Below, in pieces: positions 9,818-21,283 of a DNA stretch of 64,000 nucleotides. The stretch covers positions 1 to 64,000 of the forward strand of contig CAWHHI010000013.1 of the NCBI GenBank assembly GCA_963829055.1, given 5' to 3'. Source of the stretch: an uncultured Gemmatimonadaceae bacterium. Its GTDB lineage: Bacteria; Gemmatimonadota; Gemmatimonadetes; Gemmatimonadales; Gemmatimonadaceae. The translations under genes were made by a program, and so were the position numbers. The notes beneath the pieces are model-generated. The model worked only from the letters and a program-made list of their open reading frames with translations, searched no databases and was not told the origin of the DNA. The stretch's first letter is position 1. Every line of letters starts with the position of its first letter.

Positions 9818-12707
9818 TTGCGTCCCGTGTCCGGTGCCCAACCGCCCGAGTACTGGTCGCAACTCTCAGCGCGCATCGACGCCCTGCTCGACGCTGGCCC
9901 GGAGCGACGCCGCGAGCTCGTCGCCGAATGGAGTGCCGGCGACCCAGCGGTTCGGGCGGAGCTCGAGCGCCTTCTCGAGGATTGCGAGCGTGAGCCACCG
10001 CTGCTCGATCGACCGGCCGCCGAACGCTTCGCCGAGCTGCTCGAGACCCAGAGTGCGCGATTCCCGGAAGCGCTGGCGGAGCGCTATCACCTAACGCGCG
10101 AGCTGGGTCGTGGCGGGATGGCGACCGTCTATCTCGCCCGCGACATCAAGCACGCGCGCGATGTCGCCGTGAAGGTCATCCATCCGGCGCTGGCGTCGGC
10201 GTCCGGCAGCGATCGGTTCCTGCACGAGATCAGGGTCGTCGCCAGCCTGCATCACCCGCACATCGTGCCGCTGTTCGATTCGGGGAACGTCGACGGCGCG
10301 CTGTACTACGTCATGCCGTACGAGACGGGGCCCTCGCTGCGGCAGCGGCTGTCACGGGACGGCGCGCTCCCGCTGGACGACGCGGTGATCATCCTGCGCG
10401 ACGTGTGCGATGCGCTGGCGCACGCGCACCAGCACGGAATCGTCCATCGCGACATCAAGCCCGACAACGTCCTGCTGTCGGGCCGCCACGCGATGGTCAC
10501 CGACTTCGGCGTCGCCAAGGCGCTCATCGCGGAGGACGAATCGCTTCCGGACGCCGGGAACTCCATCAGCGTCATCGCTGCGAACGCCACTACGACAATG
10601 AGCTCGGTGTTAGGCACGCCCGCCTACATGGCGCCGGAACAGATTGCGGGCGATCCGAATATCGATCACCGCGCGGACATCTACTCGGTCGGGGTGCTGG
10701 GGTACGAGCTCCTCGCGGGGCGACCACCGTTCGTCGGCAACACCCGCGAGGATGTCCTTGCGGGACACCTGACGGCGACGCCCGTGCCGGTGACGCTTCA
10801 CCGCTCAGACGTGCCTGCGCCTCTCGCCGAGTTGGTGATGAAGTGCCTCGAGAAGCACGCGTCCGATCGTTGGCAGCACGCCGAGGAGATCGTCGAGCGG
10901 CTCGAGGATCTGGCCATCGCCCGGCGTCACCCCACGCTACCACGTTCGCTATCGCGACGCGCGCGGTGGTCTGCGGCGATCGCAGGCCTCGTGGGAGTTA
11001 CCGCCGTCGTGCTCATTGCGCGGCAGCGGACGATCGCACCTAACGACACGTGGCGAAACCGGTGGGCGAACGCGCGTGTCGAACGACTCACGGACTTCCC
11101 CGGCTCCGAGGTTGACGCCGCGATCTCGGCCGATGGTCAATCAGTCGCGTTCCTGGCCGATCGGGACAGTGTGTTCGACGCGTTCGTGACGCGTGTGGGT
11201 AGCGGGCAATTCCTCAACCTCACCGGCGGCCGGCTCCCGCAGTTGTTCAACGAAGACGTGCGGAACGTCGGGTTCTCCGGTGACGGCGCACACGTCTGGA
11301 TCCGCGTGGCCGATATCTCATCGCCTGCAAGCGTGTCGCTGGCCCCGACCGGCGGCGGGCCGCTCGAGCCATTTCTGCGAACGGCGGTGATGGCCGTGTG
11401 GTCGCCGGACGGGTCGCGGATCGCGTATCACGAGACCACGCCGGGGGATCCGATCTACGTCGCGGACGCGAACGGTGGGAACGCGCGGCGGATCTTCGTG
11501 GGAGAAGCCGGCGTTCACTGTCATCACCTGAGCTGGTCGCCGGACGGGCGGTATCTGTATTTCAGCCGTGGTGCGCCGCCTAACGACATGGACGTCTGGC
11601 GCGTCCCATCCGGTGGTGGATCCGCCGAGCGCATGACGATGCACCACTCGCGTGTGTCGTACCCCGTATTGCTCGACGACCGGACGCTGCTCTACACGGC
11701 GACGGCGGACGATGGCACCGGCCCGTGGCTGTACTCCATGGACGTGAACGAGCCGCGTACCTGAGCGCGTCAACATGACGGTCGAGCACTACATCTCGAT
11801 TGCGGCTGCCGCCGCGGCTCGCGGGCAGTCCAGGCGGCTGGTGGCGACGGTGTCGAACCCGACGGTCGACCTGTGGACCGTGCCGATCGCGAATGGGATT
11901 GCGGGAGAGGCGTCGGCGAGCCGCGTGCCGCTGCCCACGGCGCGCGCGGCCGCGCCCCGGTTCGGTCCCGACGGCGCACTGTTCTACCTGGCGTCGCGTG
12001 GCGGTGCGGACGCGGTGTGGCGTCTGTCGAGCACCGACACGACCCAGCTATGGAAGGCACCCGAGGGCGCCGTGGCCGGTGCAGTGGCGGTGTCGCCTAA
12101 CGGGAGTCAGGTCTGCTTCCCCGTGCGACGGCGGGGTCGCTCGACCCTGTACTGCGCGTCCGCTCAGGGAACCGGCGCGCGTGCGGTCGCCGAGTCGCTC
12201 GACGTGAAGAGCCCGGCCTCGTGGTCGCCGGACGGCAGATGGATCGCGATTGCCGCGGCCGATGGCGGAGGCAGCCGCCTGTTCAAGATTCCAATCGACG
12301 GCGGACCACCCGTCAGGCTGGTGGACTCGGTATCGTCCAATCCGGTGTGGTCGCCTAACGGCAAGCTCATTCTCTACTCGGGCGTCCCACGTGCCCGGAG
12401 CGTGCCGGTCAAGGCGGTGACCCCCGAGGGACAGCCGTATCCGCTGCCGGCGATCTCGGTCGATCGCGTGGGCGACAGCTACCGATTTCTTCCAGGCGGA
12501 GACGCGATCGTGCTGAAGCTCGGCGGCTTCCGGAGTCAGGATTTCTGGCTGCTCGACGTATCGACGGGCCAGCGGCGCCGACTGACGACACTCAGGCGCG
12601 GCGAGTCGCTTCACCGATTCGACATATCGCCGGACGGGAAGCGGATCGTGTTCGAGCGGGTGCGCGAGAACTCCGATATCGCCATGATTACGCTTCCGCC
12701 ACGCTAG
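9818..12707 (+). CDS. Hanks-type Ser/Thr kinase with TM helix and TolB/PD40 beta-propeller sensor (frameshift near 11760)
   Basis: GRGGMATVY, VAVK, HRDIKPDN, DFG, GTPAYMAPEQ; WSPDG repeats continue in ORF 11775-12707. Confidence 0.9.
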
Positions 12708-12709
12708 GA

Positions 12710-12851
12710 TGTCATTCCGAGCGCGGTCGTCATTCCGAGCGAGCGAGGGGAGGCGAGTCGAGGAATCCTTGGCGTCACGGTAGAGAGCCCTCTACTCCGC
12801 AGGCCGAGGATTCCTCGACTCCGCCGCTCCGCGGCTCCGCTCGGAATGACA
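12710..12851. repeat. REP-like palindrome family A (TGTCATTCCGAGCG..GTCGAGGAATC..GATTCCTCGAC..CTCGGAATGACA)
   Basis: Inverted arms with central GTAGAG-AGCC-CTCTAC hairpin; starts 3 nt after the kinase stop. Confidence 0.9.
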
Positions 12852-13269
12852 CGGCTCCTCGACTGCGCCTCCGTCCCGCTCGATAGCCTAACGCGTGGTG
12901 CATTCGTTAGTGGCGCTATGGCCAGCTCGCTTCGACGCCGCACCGCCATCGTCAGGCGCTAACTATCAAGCAGGCTCATCAGATGTACGCCGACTAACCG
13001 GCGTTCCTGCCGTCATCCTCTTGCGGACGCTCTCGGTCAGATCGATGTTCTCGACGACGCTACGAACCTTCTTCGGCCCGCGCTGACTCGGTAATCCAGG
13101 CGCCTCCACTTCGCCGAAACGTATGGGACGATTGCGCGAGATGGGTTGCGAAAGGCGGAGCGATTACCGCAGCGCATCTGTACGTCTTCGCGTCGACGCG
13201 ATGCGTCACAGCCCGCGGTGCGCACCGACGGCGACCACTCACCAGACTCTCACAGAGGAGTGTGACCAC

Positions 13270-13473
13270 ATGAAGCGACCGGGCGACAAGTCACCTGATC
13301 CGCCGGGCGGCCGGGCCGCGGAGCGCCTGCGCCAGTTCGAGGACGCGCGTCTCCCTCCAGCGGAGCGCGAAGAGCGTGAACGCCGCGAAGAGCGCGCCCA
13401 GGACGCGGAAAAACCCACGCGCACCAACAAGAAGAAAAAAACAAAAAGCGAGCGAAAAGACGGAGAAGGCTGA
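13270..13473 (+). CDS. Small highly charged hypothetical protein (PPGGRAAERLRQFEDAR motif)
   Basis: GAGGAG RBS at 13255-13260; its motif recurs in the N-terminus of the next gene. Confidence 0.7.
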   Translation: MKRPGDKSPDPPGGRAAERLRQFEDARLPPAEREERERREERAQDAEKPTRTNKKKKTKSERKDGEG

Positions 13474-13497
13474 GCATACCCCGGATGCGGAGGGGAC

Positions 13498-16063
13498 ATG
13501 AAAGGACCGTTGGAGGAGGTACCACGAGAAACCGGACGAACACGAACTCGGCCCAAGCCCGAGGGTGGGAAGGCGCTGGCACGACTCGAACTGTTCCTCG
13601 CGGCACGAGGCCTCGGCGAGGCGGCGGAGGAGGTCGTCGCACCCGTGGCTCGCGGGCGCGGACGAAAGCGCGCGACTCGAGCTCGCGGCGGAGCGGCGCC
13701 CAATATCGGCGCTCTCTATGCAGCAACGGCCGAAGCGCTGCATCCCGCGGCCGACGAAGATGCGCCGAGCGAAGTACCACGGACACGGCGGAAACGGGCA
13801 ACAGCAGCGGCGGAACCGGCTGAAACGGCAGCGCCCCCTCCTGCCCCATTCAACCCGGCACTCGGACCAGGGTGGCGCTCGTTAGGCCCGGAGTACATGG
13901 CGAACGGCCAGACGTATGGCTCGAGCCGAGTCGACGTGTCGGGTCGTATCGCGGCGATCGCCATTGACCCACGCAATGCCAATCACATCCTCGTGGGCTC
14001 CGCGGCAGGCGGGATCTGGGAAACGCGTGATCGCGGTGCGTCCTGGTCGCCGCGATCCGACTTCGCGCCGACGCTGACGACGGGCGCGATCGCGTTCGAT
14101 CCGACCGCACCCGCAACCGTCTATTGCGGAACAGGCGAAGGGAATTGGTGGGCGCGGCTCGGGGCGGGCGTGATGCGGTCGACCGACGGCGGCACGACGT
14201 GGACGGTCATCGCGGGTGCTCCTTTCGTCGGGCAGGGGTTCTACGACCTGGTGGTGGACCGCGCCAATCGAATGCACCTGCTGGCCGGCACCACGAACGG
14301 GCTATACGAGTCGGCAAACGGCGGCGTCACGTGGACCGCCCGCCGCAACGCGCGCACGTGGGACCTGTCGATGGCGACCGGCGAGGTTCTCGCCGCCTGC
14401 CCCGATGGCGTTTTTCGCTCGACGAATGGCGGAACGACGTGGGCGGCCGTCACGCTTCCCGGCGCGCCGCCAGGGGGCTTCGACCGCCTCGCGGTCTCGC
14501 ACGCGCCATCGACGCCCGCCGTCGCCTACGCGTTCGGCGCGAGCGGCACAGCGGGTTTCCTCTGGCGTCGTGCCACCGCTGGCGGCGCGTGGACGGCCGT
14601 GACGCCACCCGCCGGACTCTCGACCGGGCAGGCATGGTACGACTGGTTTCTTGGCGTCGCGCCTAACAACGGCAATCGGATCTACGTCGCGGGCATTGAA
14701 GTCTATCGCGGCGAGCTGTCCGGCACGACGTGGACCTGGGTGAACATCAGCAACAAGGGGGCGACAGGCGACTCGATTCACCCCGACCAGCATGCCATCG
14801 CGTTCGATCCCGTCACGCCGGACACGATCTATGTCGGATGCGACGGCGGCTTGTTCCAGTCACCCAATCGCGGGACGAACTGGACGTCGCTCAACCGCGG
14901 ACTGGCGATCACGGAGATCGAGTACCTCGATCACGACATCGGCTCATCGCGCTATCTACTGGCCGGCACGCAGGACAACGGCTCCATCCGCTACACTGGC
15001 TCCGCGGTGTGGGAACACGCGGCCGACGGTGACGGCGGCGATTGCAGCGTCGGGACGGTCGTGCCCACGACCGTGTTCCATTCCTTCTTCGGCATGGGAA
15101 TGGAGCGCAGCACCACGAAGGGGAATTTCGGGTCGTGGGGGTGGATCGGGCCGAACGTTCCCGCAAACTACAATGCGCTCTTCTATCCTCCGCTGGAGAC
15201 ACAAGGCGCGTCGGTCGCACAGGCCGGGCAGAGCGTCTTCATCTCGCGCAACAGCGGCACGGCGTGGACCGAAATCGCCCTGCCGGCCGGATGTACGGGG
15301 AGCGCGATGGAGATGCCGACACCCGACCAGGTACTCGTGGGGTGTACGAACGGCCGCATCTTCCGACTGACGTGGTCGGGCGCGGCATGGTCAGCGGCGG
15401 CGGCACTCACGACGCCGCGGGCGGGAGCGTGGATCAGTGACATCAGTTGCCACGCCTCCAATCCCAACCGGATCTGGGCGACGTCTACATCGTTAGGCGG
15501 CGCGCGGGTGTGGCGATCCGACAACGGCGGGACCACGTGGACCGACACGTCGGCCGGCCTTCCGGCCCTTCCACTCAATAGCGTGGAGGTCGACGCATTG
15601 AACCTCAACCGCATTCGGGTTGCGGCCGATCTCGGCGTCTTCCAATCGCTGGATGCCGGGGCGACATGGGCCACGTACACGAACGGGCTTCCGAACTCGT
15701 TCGTTGGGGACCTCGGTGTTCCACCCGCACGCGCGTGTGTTGCGCGCCGGCATGCGAAACCGCGGCGTCTGGGAGATCCCGGTCGACGGGTGGATGACCA
15801 CGCCGGTCGTGGGTACCCAGTGGACCGGCACCATCCCGGCCAATGCCACGCAGAACTGGTTCACGTTCAACTGGCCGGCGACGTGGCACATGCTGTGGAC
15901 TGTGATGCCCACGACCCCGCAACCCGGGGCGCCGGAACTGACGTTCGACGTCCGCGTCGAGCGGGCGACGGCGGAGTTCGCCACGTACTGGATCCAGGTC
16001 CGCAACCTAACGCCGGTGCCAGTCGCGTTCGAGGGCCGGTACGCCATTCTCAGCAGATACTAA
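13498..16063 (+). CDS. Large BNR/Asp-box beta-propeller protein (VPS10/GH74/YCF48-like fold) with C-terminal Trp-rich domain (frameshift near 15712)
   Basis: At least 8 Asp-box motifs (TRDRGASW, STDGGTTW, SANGGVTW, STNGGTTW, SPNRGTNW, SRNSGTAW, SDNGGTTW, SLDAGATW), IHPDQHAI, GTQDNG; C-terminus lies in ORF 15620-16063. Confidence 0.85.
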
Positions 16064-16072
16064 GGGGGAGCG

Positions 16073-16328
16073 ATGTTTACCGGAGTGCAATTCACGGGAA
16101 CGCTGGGACCTAACGCGTCGAACCGCTGGTTCACGTTCAACTGGCAATCCCGCCTGGCATGTGGTCTGGCACGTCATGCCGATCACTCCGAAGTCGGGCG
16201 CGCCGGAGCTCGACTGGAACGTGTCCGTCGAGCGCGCGAGCCCCACCGGCGTGACATACTGGATCAACGTGACGAACCTGACGAATCAGAGCGTGGACTT
16301 CGAAGGGCGATTCGTCGTACTCAACTGA
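16073..16328 (+). CDS. Small (~84 aa) Trp-rich beta protein, stand-alone copy of the preceding C-terminal domain (one extra base near 16145)
   Basis: Removing one C gives MFTGVQFTGTLGPNASNRWFTFNWNPAWHVVWHVMPITPKSGAPELDWNVSVERASPTGVTYWINVTNLTNQSVDFEGRFVVLN*; GGGGGAG RBS. Confidence 0.8.
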
Positions 16329-16336
16329 GGAGAGCC

Positions 16337-16615
16337 ATGCGCATCATCATTGAAGTGGAGGGCGGCGGCACGAACCAGCCGGAGATTGTGCTGCGCTCCT
16401 CGTCGTCCGGGCAGAGCACGACGGACGGCATCGCCAAGTCACCCGGTGCGCGCGCGGGTGGAGGAATCGACGCCGGCCCAGCGCCAACCGGTGATTCCGG
16501 CGCGCAGACATTGCAGGCAATGGGTAACGTGGTCGGGCTTTCGGCCGCCGGTACCTCGGACGCGGCGGGTGCGCAGTCTGCGGGCGCGGCACCATCATCG
16601 GACGCTGGAGGATGA
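16337..16615 (+). CDS. Small Gly/Ala/Ser-rich hypothetical protein
   Basis: GAGGAG RBS; MRIIIEVEG start then low-complexity sequence with DAGPAP and SAGAAP. Confidence 0.65.
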   Translation: MRIIIEVEGGGTNQPEIVLRSSSSGQSTTDGIAKSPGARAGGGIDAGPAPTGDSGAQTLQAMGNVVGLSAAGTSDAAGAQSAGAAPSSDAGG

Positions 16616-16616
16616 G

Positions 16617-16890
16617 ATGTTCGAGCTAATCCCCTGCATCGTCGGCGCGTTCGTGTCGGCCGTACTCGCGACGCGGATCCGCCTGACGAGTCGCATTGTC
16701 GTCGCGGCGTTGGCGGGTGTGGCCGTAGCGGTTGCCTCGGGCGAGGCAGCTGCGTGGGCGCCGGCGGTGCTGCTCGACTCGATGCTTGCCGCGGCAGCGT
16801 GCGTCGTCGTTCGCGGTGACGCGTCAGCGCATCGCAGCGGCGGGCCTGAACCGCCGGGCCATTGCAGCTGTAGCGCCCAAGGCGTAGTTA
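16617..16890 (+). CDS. Small membrane protein (3' end uncertain)
   Basis: ATG 1 nt after the previous stop; three hydrophobic stretches MFELIPCIVGAFVSAV... Confidence 0.5.
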
Positions 16891-16908
16891 CGGGAGTTCG
16901 AAGGCGGT

Positions 16909-17075
16909 TGTCATTCCGAGCGGGTCGTCATTCCGAGCGGAGCCGCGAAGCGGCGGAGTCGAGGAATCGGTGTCATTCCGAGCGAAGTCGAGGAATCCCG
17001 ATCGTCCCGGCAGAGGGACCTCTCTACCCGCACGGTCGCGATTCCTCGACTCGCTGCCGCTCGCTCGGAATGACA
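16909..17075. repeat. REP-like palindrome family A cluster
   Basis: Three GTCATTCCGAGCG starts and one CTCGGAATGACA end, between convergent genes. Confidence 0.9.
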
Positions 17076-17106
17076 CGGCTGCCAGCATGACCGCTGACGT
17101 ATCGTA

Positions 17107-19408
17107 CTAGCCGTGGGCGCTTCCGGAATCCGTCGTCCTGCCAACCGCGCCCGCGAGCTGTTTCCCGACTGGGAGCTGTCGGATTCGTACCTTCGTCGCC
17201 GCGTAGATCGCGTTGCATAACGCCGCTCCGGATGGCGGAACACCCGGCTCACCGATGCCGCCCGGCAGCGCCTCGCTCTCCACCAGATGCACGTCGACGA
17301 CGTGCGGCGCCGCGCGCATCCGCGTCACCTGATACGTCGGATAGTTCGCCTGCACGACGCGCCCGTCCTTGAAGCTGATCTCGGAGTAGAGCGTGTTGCT
17401 CATGCCCATGATCACCGCGCCTTCCATCTGCGAGCGCGCACGGTCGGGGTTCGCGACGAATCCAGCGTCGACGGCTACGGTTGCCTTTGGAACCGTGACC
17501 GTACCATCAGCGGCAACGTCGACCTCGACGACCATCGCCACATAGCTCAGAAAGCTCCGGTGCATCGCGATGCCGCGGCCGCGACCGTTAGGCAGCGGCG
17601 TGCCCCATCCTGACTTCTGCATCGCGAGCTCGACGACGTGCCGCGCGCGCGCAATGTCGAGCGGATAGTCGTCCCACGTGCCGCCATAGTTGCTGGCCGG
17701 CGCGACGAGTCCGTCCTTCGAGAGGTCGACGGTGCGGTTGGGGCCGAGCAACGCGAGGAGGAAGCGCGCCGGGTCCTTCCCCGCTTCGACGGCCAGCTCG
17801 TCCACGAACGAGCCGATGGCGAACCCGTGGTGAATGGCGTTCACGGAGCGATACCAGCCAATGCGCGTGTACGCCTTGGCCGGGCAGATCTCGACGCTCA
17901 CGTTGGGAATCGCGAATGGGATGTCGCTGGCGCCATTCGTCAGCTCGTCGGGGCCCGAGCCTTCGACGTTAGGCGCGAACGTCGCGTCGATCGCTGGGTG
18001 CGCGACGCGATGACGCCACGCCGTCACGGTTCCGTTCGCGTCCAATCCCGGCTTCGAGTCGGTGCGCCGCCACCGTGTGGTAGTAGCTGTTGCGCAGGTC
18101 GTCTTCCCGGGTCCACTGCACCCGCACGGGGGCTCCCACTTCCTTCGAGAGCCACGCGGCCTCGGCGACGAAGTCCGGCTTGGACTTTCGCCCGAACGCG
18201 CCGCCTAACAACGTCACGTTCACCGTGACGTTCGCGATGTCGATCTTGAGGTAGTCGGCGATCACCTTCCGCGCGTCCTGCGGCGACTGCGTCGGCGCCC
18301 ACGTTTCGAGCTTCCCGTCCGCGAAGCGCGCGATGGCGGCGACGGGCTCCATCTGTGCATGCGACAGATGCGGCATGTAGTACTCGCGCTCGAGCCGCTT
18401 GGGCGCCGCGGCCAGCGCGCGCTCGGCGTCGCCGATCGTGCGCCCAGGCTTCCCGGGCTTGCGCACCGACTCCTCGAGCGTCGCCTTGTAGGCGACGGAG
18501 TCGTAACCCGCGTTCGGACCGTCCTCCCAGACGATCTCGAGCGCCTCGCGCCCCTTGATCGCCGCCCAGGTATTCTTCGCGACGACCGCGATGCCGCCTA
18601 CCGTGTTGTAGCCGGCGGGAATGGGCGGCTCGGGAATGTGGATCACCTTCTCCACACCCGGGATCGCGAGCGCTGCCTTGGCGTCGAACGACTTGACCTT
18701 CCCACCCCACACGGGAGGATGCGCGATCACCGCGGTCTTCATGCCGGGAAGGCGGACGTCCGCGCCGTAGGTCGCCGTGCCCGTGGTCATCGGCACGAGA
18801 TCGATCGACGGCATCTTCTTGCCCTGCCAGCGGCGACTGACCGGACGCTTGACTCGCACTCGAGACTTGTCGGGCATGGGCAACGTCCGCGCGGTCGCGA
18901 CCAGCGCGCCGAAGCCGAGTGTCCGCCGAGTGCGGTCGTGCACGACCTGATGCTGTCGCGCACGCACCGTCTTCACGTCTACTCCCCACTCTTTCGCCGC
19001 CGCATTCTCGAGCAGCGCGCGAACGGTCGCTCCGGCCTCGCGATACTTGGCCAGGAAGAGACGAATGCTCGTCGACCCATCGGTGTTCTGCGAACCGTAC
19101 TTCGTCTCATCGCCGACGGCCTGCGCCACGCGACAGCGCGACCAGTCCGCTTCCATCTCGTCGGCGATGATGAGCGGCATCGTCGTGCGGATGCCCTGCC
19201 CCATCTCGGACCGGTGACAGATGATCGTGACGGTGCCATCCTCGTGCAGCGTGACGTACGCGTGCGGCGAGAACGGGTCGGCCAGCGACGCCGCGAGCGA
19301 CTCGACGTCATCGAGACGGCGGATGCCTAACGGGCCGGCGGCGATCACGAGACCACCCACGCCGAGCATCTGCACGAAGCGGCGACGTTCCATGTCGGGC
19401 TGTGTCAT
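17107..19408 (-). CDS. iorB: Xanthine dehydrogenase family molybdopterin-binding subunit, IorB-like (frameshift near 18045)
   Basis: Tat-like [50 protein letters not shown]. Confidence 0.85.
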
Positions 19409-19860
19409 GACGATTTCTCCGCCGCCGCCTTGATGGCCGAGCGGATGCGGGGGTAGGTACCGCACCGGCAGATGTTCCCGTTCATGGCGTTGTCGATCTG
19501 CTGATCCGTCGGCTTCGGCGTGCTCCCGAGCAACTCGGCGGCCTTCATGATCTGCCCTGACTGGCAGTAGCCGCACTGCGGGACATCGATCTCGCGCCAC
19601 GCGACCTGGAGCCGGTGCTCGCCCTTGGGGTGGAGCCCTTCGATGGTCGTGACGCCCCGCCCTTCCAGATCCGACATCTTCGTCTGGCAGGCGCGAACCG
19701 CGCGGCCTTCGACGTGAACCGTGCACGCGCCGCAGGACCCGACGCCGCAACCGTACTTCGTGCCGGTGAGCTCGAGGTCGTCGCGGAGGTACCAGAGCAG
19801 CGGCATCGCGGGATCGCCGTCGAATGTTCGGCGCGCCCCGTTGACAGTCAGGGAGATCAT
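19405..19860 (-). CDS. iorA: (2Fe-2S)-binding subunit, IorA/CoxS-like
   Basis: [32 protein letters not shown]; overlaps the iorB start. Confidence 0.9.
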   Translation of the reverse strand: MISLTVNGARRTFDGDPAMPLLWYLRDDLELTGTKYGCGVGSCGACTVHVEGRAVRACQTKMSDLEGRGVTTIEGLHPKGEHRLQVAWREIDVPQCGYCQSGQIMKAAELLGSTPKPTDQQIDNAMNGNICRCGTYPRIRSAIKAAAEKSS

Positions 19861-19977
19861 TGGTTTTTCTCGTGGGTGACGGACAGCGTGTGCTCGCTGA
19901 ACGGCGCGTAGACCAGCCGCGACGTTCGGGGCATGCGGAAATTGCGTCCGAGTCTCTCGCTTCGGAATAGGTATCCC

Positions 19978-20503
19978 ATGGACTTCGACTTGAACGCCGG
20001 AATTGCGATCCTGGAACGCACACCGGCCACCTTCCGGGCGATGCTGGCTGGGCTGCCACCCATGTGGACCGACGCCACCGAGGGGCCGGATACGTGGAGC
20101 CCCTATGTCATCATGGGGCACCTGATCCACGCCGAGCGCACGGACTGGATCACGCGCGCGGAGATCATCCTGGCGCAGGGTCCGAACCGTCGCTTCACGC
20201 CGTACGATCGCTTCGCGCAGTTCCGCGACAGCAAGGGCAAATCGCTCGCCGAGCTCCTCGACGAATTCGAGCGCGTGCGTGCCGAGAACGTTGCGACGCT
20301 CTGGCGATGGAAGCTGACCGATGCGCAGCTCGCGCTGGAGGGCGAACACCCGGCATTCGGGCCGGTCACGCTGCGGCAACTACTGGCCACGTGGGTCGCG
20401 CATGACCTCGGGCACGTGGCCCAGGCTGCTCGCGTCATGGCGAAGCAGTACCGCGAGGCGGTTGGCCCGTGGCGCGCGTACCTGCCCGGTCATGGATCGC
20501 TGA
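19978..20503 (+). CDS. DinB/YfiT family protein
   Basis: [37 protein letters not shown]; likely frameshift just before the stop. Confidence 0.85.
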
Positions 20504-20509
20504 CACTCA

Positions 20510-21209
20510 GTGGCTCGCCACAGCGAGTTGATGCGGCTGCACGTCGAAGCGCTGTTCGTGCACGACGCCGAGCAGCGCATGGTTCGCGTGAACGAACCGA
20601 ATGGCGCGCTTGCTCCGCGGTTCTTCCTCGGCAGAACGTCAGACGGCGTCATGACGCGGGTCCGATACGACGTCGACCAGAGCGTCAGGGAGGAACTGGA
20701 AGCGGCATCGAAGGAAGACGCGCTCGGCACGAGGAGCCCGATTCGCCGATCGATCCAACACCGTTACGAAGCGATTCTCGCGCGCTCGGCACCTGTCGAG
20801 AATGTCTCGACCGGACCCGCGTTCTGTTTTCCGCGGGAGTTGCCTCCGAGTATCGATGTCATGCTCGTCACGGATCGTAACGCACACGTTCTCGAGACGC
20901 TTCTGGCGCCGTGGTTTCCCGATGTGGCGGCGAGCTATCCGCTGTTCGCGCTCACCGTCGATGGAAATGCGGTGAGCGTGTGCGGCAGCGTCCGACGCAC
21001 ACTCGAGGCGGACGAAGCGGGCGTGGAGACGGTCCCGGCGTATCGAGGCCGACGGGTACGCGGCTCTGGTCGTTGCGGCGTGGGCGCGCGCGGTGCGGGA
21101 TCTCGAGCGAGAACCGCTCTACAGCACGTCGTGGCAGAACGAGAGGTCGAGAGCCGTCGCCCGAAAGCTCGGGCTGATCCAATTCGGCAGCGACTTGCAC
21201 ATTGCTTGA
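20510..21209 (+). CDS. GNAT family acetyltransferase (frameshift near 21055)
   Basis: EAGVETVPAYRGR acetyl-CoA motif; alternative frame gives PLYSTSWQNERSRAVARKLGLIQFGSDLHIA*. Confidence 0.75.
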
Positions 21210-21283
21210 CGATGGGCGGCTACTCCGCCTCTCGATGTGCAGTGCCGACGATGCCTAACGAACGGCGCTGCGGACGCCGCGAC

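Noticed and set aside
12704..12949. Small ORFs reading VIPSxA..SRGI / IPRL..SLGMT (also 16888-17252, 33297-33530, 35299-35664, 62665-62892)
   Set aside because: These are translations of the REP repeats, not independent genes
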